A stretch of DNA of 64,000 bases from an uncultured Bacteroidales bacterium (GTDB lineage: Bacteria > Bacteroidota > Bacteroidia > Bacteroidales > VadinHA17): contig CAWJLF010000012.1 of NCBI GenBank assembly GCA_963843635.1, forward strand, positions 33,829 to 97,828, written 5' to 3'. A program made the translations under genes and the position numbers. Shown here piece by piece: positions 16,534 through 24,700 of this stretch. The notes beneath the pieces were generated by a model. The model was not told the DNA's origin. It did no database searches and saw nothing but the letters and a program-made list of their open reading frames with translations. Position 1 is the stretch's first letter. Each line of letters starts with the position of its first letter.

Positions 16534-19500
16534 TCTGAAAGGGAAAAACCTGATCCTCTTCACGTTGTTGAAGATTTCGAAAAGTAAAGGCAAAGCTATC
16601 ATTGTAAGCATAGTTGAAGTGAATAGTCCTCCGATAACAACTGTGGCCAGCGGACGCTGGACCTCTGCTCCTGCACCTGTGGATATCGCCATAGGAAGGA
16701 AACCCATCGCTGCAGCTCCTGCTGTTAACAAAACAGGACGAAGCCTGTCTTTTGTTCCTCTCAGGATTACTTCTCTAATATCCTTAACCCCATCATGTTG
16801 CAGCTCCTTAAGATGTTCAATAAGTACTATACCATTAAGGACAGCAATACCAAACAATGCTATAAAACCTACGCCTGCCGAGACACTGAATGGCATGCCT
16901 CTTATCCATAGGAGTATCACTCCTCCGACAGTTGCCAGGGGAATTGCAGTAAAGATCATAATGGCATCCTTGAATGATTTGAATGCAAAATGGAGGAAGA
17001 TGAATATAAGCAGTAAGGCAACAGGGACTGCTATCATTAGCCTTCGACTGGCGTTCTGAAGATTCTCAAACTGACCACCATAGGAAATATAGTTACCCGA
17101 TTCAAGGGTGACATTATTATTGATTTTTGCCTGTATATCCTTTACCACTGATTGCAGGTCGCGATTCCTTACATTCACACTGACCACAACTCGTCGGTGA
17201 GTGTTTTCCCTGGAAATCTTAGCCGGGCCTTCGGCATACTGTATATCAGCCAGTTCCTCGAGGGGGATCTGTTTCCCATTACTTAGAGGCACATATAATT
17301 GCCTGATATCATTTATATCAGTCCTGTTCTGTTTTTTGAGCCTGGTCACCATGTCAAAACGTTTTTCCCCTTCAAAAACGGTTCCGGCAACCTGTCCTCC
17401 AAATGCTGTTGATAAATATCCGTTCAGGGACTTTATGTCGAGGTCATAATATGCGATCTTCTTCCTGTCGTAGGCTATTCTCACCTGTGGCAGACCTGCG
17501 GTTTTTTCAAGGATAACATCACCGGCCCCGGGAATATCTGAGATTAAATTCTTGATCTCAACTGCCTTTTGCCCTATATAGTCAAGGTCCTCTCCGAATA
17601 TTTTAATGGCAATATCGGCTCTTACTCCGGTTATTAGTTCATTAAAACGCATCTCAATTGGCTGGGTGAATTCATACTCGAGACCAGGCAGAACCGACAA
17701 TGCTTCTTTGAATTTCCCGGCCAGCTCCTCCTTGCTTTTTGCACTTACCCATTCTTTTTTAGGCTTCAGCTTGATGATCATATCGATCTCTTCCATCGAC
17801 ATGGGATCAGTTGGTACCTCAGCTGCTCCTATACGGCTTACTATCTGGTCCACCTCGGGGAATCGGGATATCAGTATATTCTCCATCTCAGTGGTTGTCT
17901 CAACGGTTTTTGTGAGTGAGGTGCCGGTCTTCAGCACGGGCTGGATGACAAAATCTCCTTCATCGAGAGTTGGAACAAATTCACCTCCGATCCTGGTGAA
18001 AAGGAACAGGGTCAGAGCCAGAGAGAACAGAGCGGCGCCAAGAACAGCGCGCTTATGTCCGCAGGACCACCTGATAACCGGTTCATATGACTTATGGACA
18101 ATCTTCATTATCCATGCTGAGATATCGTGTTTTTTCTTTTTCCCTGGTTTCAGAAAAAGAGAAGCTGCCACGGGTAGCCATGTCAGACCAAATATCATTG
18201 CACCAATGAGGGCGAAGGAAAAGGCAATAGCCATAGGATGGAACATTTTTCCTTCCACTCCGCTTAACGAGAGAATGGGTATGAAAACAATCAATATGAT
18301 CACCTGCCCGAAGATGGCTGAATTCATCATTTTCGATGACCCGGAGAAGGAAACGCTATCGAGGAGTGCCTGCTGCTCTTCCCCTGACACGCCGGTTATT
18401 TCATCCTTCTTTATCGTTATCTGCAGCGCTATATACTCTACTATGATGACAGCACCGTCGATGATAATACCGAAATCGAGAGCTCCAAGGCTCATAAGGT
18501 TGGCATCAATACCGAATATATACATCATTGATATGGTAAACAATAATGCCAGAGGTATCATTGAAGCAATAACAATGGCAGACCGGAGGTTGCCCAATAA
18601 TAGAAGTACGATAAAGAATACGATCAGCGCTCCGAGTATAAGGTTTTCTGCTACTGTGGCAGATGTCTCACCTATAAGTTCGCTTCTTTCAAGTATAGGA
18701 TTTATGAATACTCCTTCAGGGAGGTTCTGTTGAATCTCATCCACGCGTTTCTTAACTTCCTTTATAACCTCCTTTGAATTGGCATCCTTCAGCATCATTA
18801 TCTGGCCCAGCACAGTTTCTCCCTTTCCATTGGCAGTGATTGCACCAAAACGGTTTGCATATCCATAATGAACATCTGCAATGTCCCTGATAAATATTGG
18901 AACACCATTATTACCGGATACAACTATATCCTCAATATCGGGCAATGATCTCACCAAGCCGTCACCCCTGATGAAGTAACTCTGGTTTGTCTTTTCAATA
19001 TAAGCGCCTCCAGACACATTATTGTTAGATGATATTGCATTGAAGACATCCAGCAGTGTAAGGTTTACTCCCTTTAGTTTTTTCGGGTCTATTGCTATCT
19101 CATATTGCTTAAGGTAGCCTCCCCAGCTGTTAATCTCCACCACTCCATTTATACCTGACAGACGGCGGCGGACAATCCAGTCCTGTATGGTCCTGAGATC
19201 CATGGGGGTATACCTGTCCTTGTATTCCGGTTTGACATCTATGATATACTGGTATATCTCTCCCAGTCCAGTTGTTATCGGACCCATATTGGGAGTACCG
19301 AAGCCTTCCGGGATGTTGGCTGATGCACTTTTAATCTTTTCCGCTATCAGCTGACGGGGAAGATATGTTCCCATATTATCACTGAAGACAATTGTGACCA
19401 CGGAGAGTCCAAATTTAGAGACGGACCGGATCTCTTTGACACCCGGCAGGTTAGCCATCTCCATCTCAACAGGTGAGGTTATGAACTGTTCTATCTCCTG

Positions 19501-19674
19501 AGTGGACAGGTTGCCTGAGGTAGTGATTACCTGCACCTGGTTATTGGTAATGTCGGGAACTGCGCCTACAGGAATTCTGAAGACAGTATATAGTCCGAAT
19601 GCGGACACAGTAGCAGTAAACAGGATAACGATCAGTTTATTCTTTATACTGAAAGAGAGAATCTTGTTGAGCAT
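16453..19674 (-). CDS. CusA/CzcA-family heavy-metal efflux RND transporter
   Basis: 1,073-aa uninterrupted ORF with 12-TM RND architecture: MLNKILSFSIKNKLIVILF..., ...GALDFGIIIDGAVIIVE..., ...GFIALFGIAVLNGIVLIEH... The last ~25 codons read through the neighbouring gene's signal peptide, so the true 3' end is uncertain. Confidence 0.92.
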   Translation of the reverse strand: MLNKILSFSIKNKLIVILFTATVSAFGLYTVFRIPVGAVPDITNNQVQVITTSGNLSTQEIEQFITSPVEMEMANLPGVKEIRSVSKFGLSVVTIVFSDNMGTYLPRQLIAEKIKSASANIPEGFGTPNMGPITTGLGEIYQYIIDVKPEYKDRYTPMDLRTIQDWIVRRRLSGINGVVEINSWGGYLKQYEIAIDPKKLKGVNLTLLDVFNAISSNNNVSGGAYIEKTNQSYFIRGDGLVRSLPDIEDIVVSGNNGVPIFIRDIADVHYGYANRFGAITANGKGETVLGQIMMLKDANSKEVIKEVKKRVDEIQQNLPEGVFINPILERSELIGETSATVAENLILGALIVFFIVLLLLGNLRSAIVIASMIPLALLFTISMMYIFGIDANLMSLGALDFGIIIDGAVIIVEYIALQITIKKDEITGVSGEEQQALLDSVSFSGSSKMMNSAIFGQVIILIVFIPILSLSGVEGKMFHPMAIAFSFALIGAMIFGLTWLPVAASLFLKPGKKKKHDISAWIMKIVHKSYEPVIRWSCGHKRAVLGAALFSLALTLFLFTRIGGEFVPTLDEGDFVIQPVLKTGTSLTKTVETTTEMENILISRFPEVDQIVSRIGAAEVPTDPMSMEEIDMIIKLKPKKEWVSAKSKEELAGKFKEALSVLPGLEYEFTQPIEMRFNELITGVRADIAIKIFGEDLDYIGQKAVEIKNLISDIPGAGDVILEKTAGLPQVRIAYDRKKIAYYDLDIKSLNGYLSTAFGGQVAGTVFEGEKRFDMVTRLKKQNRTDINDIRQLYVPLSNGKQIPLEELADIQYAEGPAKISRENTHRRVVVSVNVRNRDLQSVVKDIQAKINNNVTLESGNYISYGGQFENLQNASRRLMIAVPVALLLIFIFLHFAFKSFKDAIMIFTAIPLATVGGVILLWIRGMPFSVSAGVGFIALFGIAVLNGIVLIEHLKELQHDGVKDIREVILRGTKDRLRPVLLTAGAAAMGFLPMAISTGAGAEVQRPLATVVIGGLFTSTMLTMIALPLLFEIFNNVKRIRFFPFRVIRYKPVVILLFILLPALSSYGQKKR

Positions 19675-19866
19675 AACAGGTGGTTAGTGTTTAGGTTACT
19701 CATTTATGGGTTTAATTTAAACAAAAAAAGTGAGAAAAAAGCAAAAAAAAAGCAAGGAATCAATTACTTCTGCACCCCCGAATCCTGCAACACATGCACC
19801 CTGCACCCTGCACGATAAATTTCCTGCTATTAATCTCTATTTGCAATTTTGTAAAACATATTTCAT

Positions 19867-19874
19867 TATATTTG
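19867..19874 (+). promoter_or_regulatory. Candidate -7 box TATATTTG upstream of the barrel/giant/FN3 operon
   Basis: Matches TAnnTTTG. TTTG words at 19840 and 19848 lie 23 and 15 nt upstream, which is off the usual 19-21 nt spacing. It is 162 nt before ATG 20036. Confidence 0.3.
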
Positions 19875-20035
19875 TTTTAATAAGCAATATATAAAATGTC
19901 AAGCTGGTATTCAGCTGTTTATCATATAGTTATTTGAATTTTTCGTGCCCGTTTGCATGAAGGATCCAAAGAACGCTTTTTCATTTTTTATAGGAATATT
20001 AGTTACATAATCTGGATTAATCAACTTTCCATCAA

Positions 20036-21731
20036 ATGAAAAGGAGCTGCTATTTTCTACTGCTATTGTTTTTTCTTCTGTTAACTGACTTAACATCTTT
20101 CGCCCAGGATCTGGCTAATATTAGCAAGCAGGAACCATTCAAGATAAGCGGGACGATAAATACCAAACTACAGTTTTATAACACCAATAAAACCAATCCA
20201 TCTCTTGAGTCCTTTTGTCTGGTATATCCAGGGCAGCCCCGTTGTCTCCCTTTATGGAATAACACTGCCTTTCTCATTCAGGATAAGTGAACAGCAAAGA
20301 GATTTTCGTCAGCCCTTTAACCAGTTCGGGGTCAGCCCCTCCTATAAATGGGCAAAGCTTCATCTTGGATATAAATCATTAAACTGGTCAACCTACGCAC
20401 TTGCCGGCCATTCAATATCAGGTGCCGGCTTTGAGCTGTCACCGGGAAAGTTCCATATTGGCCTTATCACGGGACGTCTGCTGAAGCCAGTAAAATATAT
20501 AGACAATCCCCAGGTACAAATTACACAGACGCCTGCTTATAAACGTAGAGGAACTGCCTTTACCTTCGGCTACGGAACCACGAAAAACAATGTTAACCTG
20601 GTTATACTAAAGGCGAAAGATGATTCTACATCAGCCGGTGATATTCCGATGCAGTACCAGGTTACTCCTGATGAAAACCTGGTTGTTTCCCTTATCTCAA
20701 AACAAGTCATTGCAAAGAATTTTATCTTTGACTTTGAGGTGGCTCAGAGCCTTTATACAAAAAACATGGCGACAAAGCTCTCCGATACAACCGGGGGCTT
20801 TATAGCAAAGGCATTCCCGTTTCTCATGAAGACCCATCTCTCAACCACATCAAGCAATGCTATACAAACAAGCATAGGATATCAATCTGATCTCTTTAAA
20901 CTATTAGTAAAGTACCAGCGTATTGAGCCGGATTTTAAATCCATGGGAGCATATTATTTTCTTACTGATATAAGTAATATTACTGTAGAACCAACTTTTA
21001 AGATGATAAAGAAGAAGCTGACTCTCGGAGGTAGTTTCGGATCACAATATGACAACCTGGGTAATGATAAGAGCCTGAGAACCAGGCGAACCATTACTTC
21101 TGCCCGAATGACTTTCATTCCTGTTCCGCAATACAACCTGAGTGCCACATATTCAAACTATGGTTTGGCACAGGAATCGGGATTGCTTTCGATCGATACC
21201 CTCAGGCAAAGCGAAGTGGCACAGGCAACCAGCCAGTTTGGAATTGTGCAGTCCATTAATCTTAACGGCAAGTCTTTTGCACATAACCTGATGATAAATT
21301 TTAATTCTCAGAAGTTAAATGACAGAAACAAGAATACAGCTCAATACAGCGAATTCTCAACTAATATACTGTCTGCCGGTTATTTCATGAGCTACCTACC
21401 ATGGAATATGAATGCATCAATATCATTTAATTACACGAAGTTCAGACAGGATACTATTACCACACTTGTTACAGGACCTTCACTTGCCCTTGGAAAATCA
21501 TTCCTTAAGAATAAGCTTAATACTTCACTTTCTTATTCAGCAGTGAAGAATAAAGTTCAGGATAAAGAAACTAACAGGATAAGTATCTTAACATTTCAAT
21601 TAGGTTACAAGCCTGCCAAAAATCACAGGCTGTCCCTCAGGTACAACCACCAGGTTAACGAAGGTGTTAATACCACCTATCCATCCTATTTTGAAAACAG
21701 AGTCGATTTTGATTATTTATATACTTTCTGA
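20036..21731 (+). pseudogene. Orphan ~565-aa OM beta-barrel protein, single frameshift near nt 20200-20215
   Basis: Signal peptide MKRSCYFLLLLFFLLLTDLTSFAQ is in ORF 20036..20290; the rest is in ORF 20205..21731. The span of 1,696 nt is not a multiple of 3. Alternating amphipathic strands run throughout, and the C-terminal aromatic beta-signal is ...RVDFDYLYTF. The shift may be an assembly error at the CCTTTT run. Confidence 0.7.
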
Positions 21732-21732
21732 T

Positions 21733-24700
21733 ATGACGACAATCATTACCAAATACAGATATTTCAGACAGTTATGGATGTCTCTGGCATTTCTTTTCCA
21801 GGGACTGTTTGTCCTTTCCCTTAACGGGCAACAGAACCTGGTTATTAATACAATGGTACGGCCACCCTATGCGACAGATATCTATCGTTACCCGGATTTG
21901 ACCAGGGTGATGATCACATCTTCTTTTACCACAAGGGGCACTTTTGTTGTTCATATCAAAGGTGATAACGGTGTTGACCTGCGTACATCCCCGGATTATA
22001 ATCCCTTACCTGTTTCTGTTTCGGCTAATGAGATGAACCAGTATACCGGTATCGACCTTTCAGGATACTTTGATTATACTAATCTTGTCAGTTCAGGTAT
22101 TCCAATTCAAAAACTAATTGATGATGGTCTTCCGGAAGGGAATTACCAGATCTGTTTCAGGATGAAGGATGGATCAGGGACTTTTATCTCATCTGATGAA
22201 CCATTAGGATGTAGTAACTTTTTTACTATTCGATTTGGTGATCCCCCGGTTACCATTAATCCCCAATGCGGAGCTATCCTCAATAAGACAGGCCTTCAGA
22301 GCATTGTCTTTAGCTGGACCCCGGCAACAGGAGCTCCGGCGTGGACTCAGTATAACCTGAAAATCGTGGAGTTGCTCGACTCCACTCAGAATCCGAATGA
22401 TGCAATGCTCACCTCTACACAACCGCCGTTCTTTGAGACATCCGTCCAGAGTGGTTTTTCGTTCTTTTACGGTCCTTCACAGACTCTCCTTCAGAAGGGG
22501 CATTTTTATGCATGGCAGGTTACAGCAGAAGACAGGGAATCGAGGACTAAATTTTCAAATAATGGCAGGAGCGAGGTTTGCTGGTTTAAGTGGGATCCAA
22601 AGGAGATGCCTGTATTCCACGTCGTTACACAAAGCGAGACAGTGAAAAAGAATGAACCCAAGATCAGTACTGTCACCAATGTTGATCCTGTTCCAATAGC
22701 AGTAGTAAGCGGGAACCTCAATTATAAATTCAAGGGATCAAGCTCCAGCGGTACTTTTTCACAGTCATCACAGCAGTTTGGCCCTGCCCAGCAATCAATC
22801 ACTCAGATGGGCGATGGCCTGGTATATAATCATGATAATATTTCGACTGCCGGTTCAAAACCACTGGCTAACGTAAAAGTCAGCCTGGTTATGACGTATG
22901 TATTGAAGGGAATGGTCAATAACAAGAGTTATGACGGGTCAGCTATAGACATGAGTGATATCAGGACAGAAGGAATTTTCATGCAGTCATATCCCGATCA
23001 GGAAAAGATACTTGCCACAACTACTACAGGCCCGGATGGCAGTTTCACTTTTCAGTTCATGGATACTGAACAGAAACTGGGTCTTGTTGATGCCAATGCT
23101 GACTGGAAATCAAACGGGGGAGAGTTTTTCGATCATGTAACCGGTAAACTGTATAAGGTGATAAGGCTGAAGGTAGACAATATGTACTATTGCAGCCCCG
23201 ATATCAATATTAAAGTAACTCCATGGCAATCCCTCGACCTTGGTACTGTGATATCATATGTAAAGAGTTATAACCTGAAGGTTCATACGCAATGGACTAA
23301 CTCGAAGTTCTATGAAACCAAATCCGGACAGGGTACTGCACTGGAAAAAGTCAAGACAACAATCTTCCGCAAATCTTTTGCAGGTAACGTACCACGTGAT
23401 GAAGGTGGCTATTCAATACCAAACGGGCAGTTGCAGGTGAGCATCCTGCCGAAACTTCTTAAAACAGACTATTCCAAAAGTGACGGGAATGTTATATTCA
23501 CAAACCTGGTACAGCATAATCCGGATAATAGCCAGGACAGGTACTACCTGGTTTGTGAACCGGATATGATCAATGGACCTTACATCTTTAAAAAGAGAGA
23601 AAGGGCCTATTACCCGATTTACTTTAAAGACAAGAAAGATTTTCCTTTCAATAGTATGAGATACGAAGATACCAATTCCAATCTGCCCCCTACTTCGGAA
23701 CAGGCTTATGGTGAGAATATAACATGGAACAGTCAGTTGCAGGTCAGGACCTATGAAATGACCATGGAATTATACCCTCAACGGCCGAGGATAATAGGGA
23801 AGGTTGATGTAGAGAATGTAAACGCCAAACCTATGAGTAATATTACTCTATTGCTGCTAAGTAACTATGATAGTACTTCTGTTAACAATGTCCTTGTTCG
23901 TACTGCCAAAACCGATTCAAAGGGTTTTTATGAATTTGATAATCTCGATATGGAGCTAGGTAAATTCAATACGGAAGGCCCAACTCCGGTGAATGGTCCT
24001 GACCGTACATTATTCTGCACTCCATCCGGCTTCAAAGGACAGGCTGAGCACCTTGGGACACTCATCTGGGGTCAGCAGGAAGAAAAGAATTTCCATCTTG
24101 TGCCGGACGGCTTGTTCACAGGCTATGTTGTAGATGACAAGGGTAAGGCTGTTGCCGCCGATATACAGGTAGATGATCTTGCTTTTGCTTCAACAACAAT
24201 GCAGTTTGAATACAACAACCAGGCCGGAGGAGGAAGCAACACCGGGAATACAGGGAATATCGGCAATAATGCTCAGGTGAGTACTGTTCAAATGAATAAT
24301 GTGCAGGCTACTAATGTTCAGTCTAATAACATAGGAGTGAGCAATAATAGTACAATGCAGGTTGCAGGAGCCAGTGCCTCCCAGGTAAACATGCCGACTG
24401 ATGTGAAGCAGGTCTTCTCCATACATGCTCCCTCAGGAAAGGGACGTCAACTTAAGATCATTCCCAAAGATCCGGGTTATACTTCGGAGACATATACAGT
24501 CGACATACCTAAAGAAATAAATAATGCAGCTGGCCAGCCATTGAAACCGTATGTGGTGTACCGTATGAAAAAAAGGGTTCGTTTTATGGTTGCCGAAAGA
24601 CCGGCTGCTAAAATTTACCTTATCAGCAGTCTCAAACCGGTGCCAATGGCAGAGGTCACTCTTAAGGTACCCGGAGGGGATATTACAAAGACAGCCGATA

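Noticed and set aside
16496-18733. Long plus-strand ORFs (16496..17059, 17606..18733 of 375 aa) antisense to the RND pump gene. Similar cases: 12408..12893 antisense to the FabK-like gene, and 24433..24996 and 25926..26282 antisense to the giant gene.
   Set aside because: Their translations are low-complexity with no motifs. They lie entirely inside well-supported genes on the other strand. These are typical shadow ORFs.
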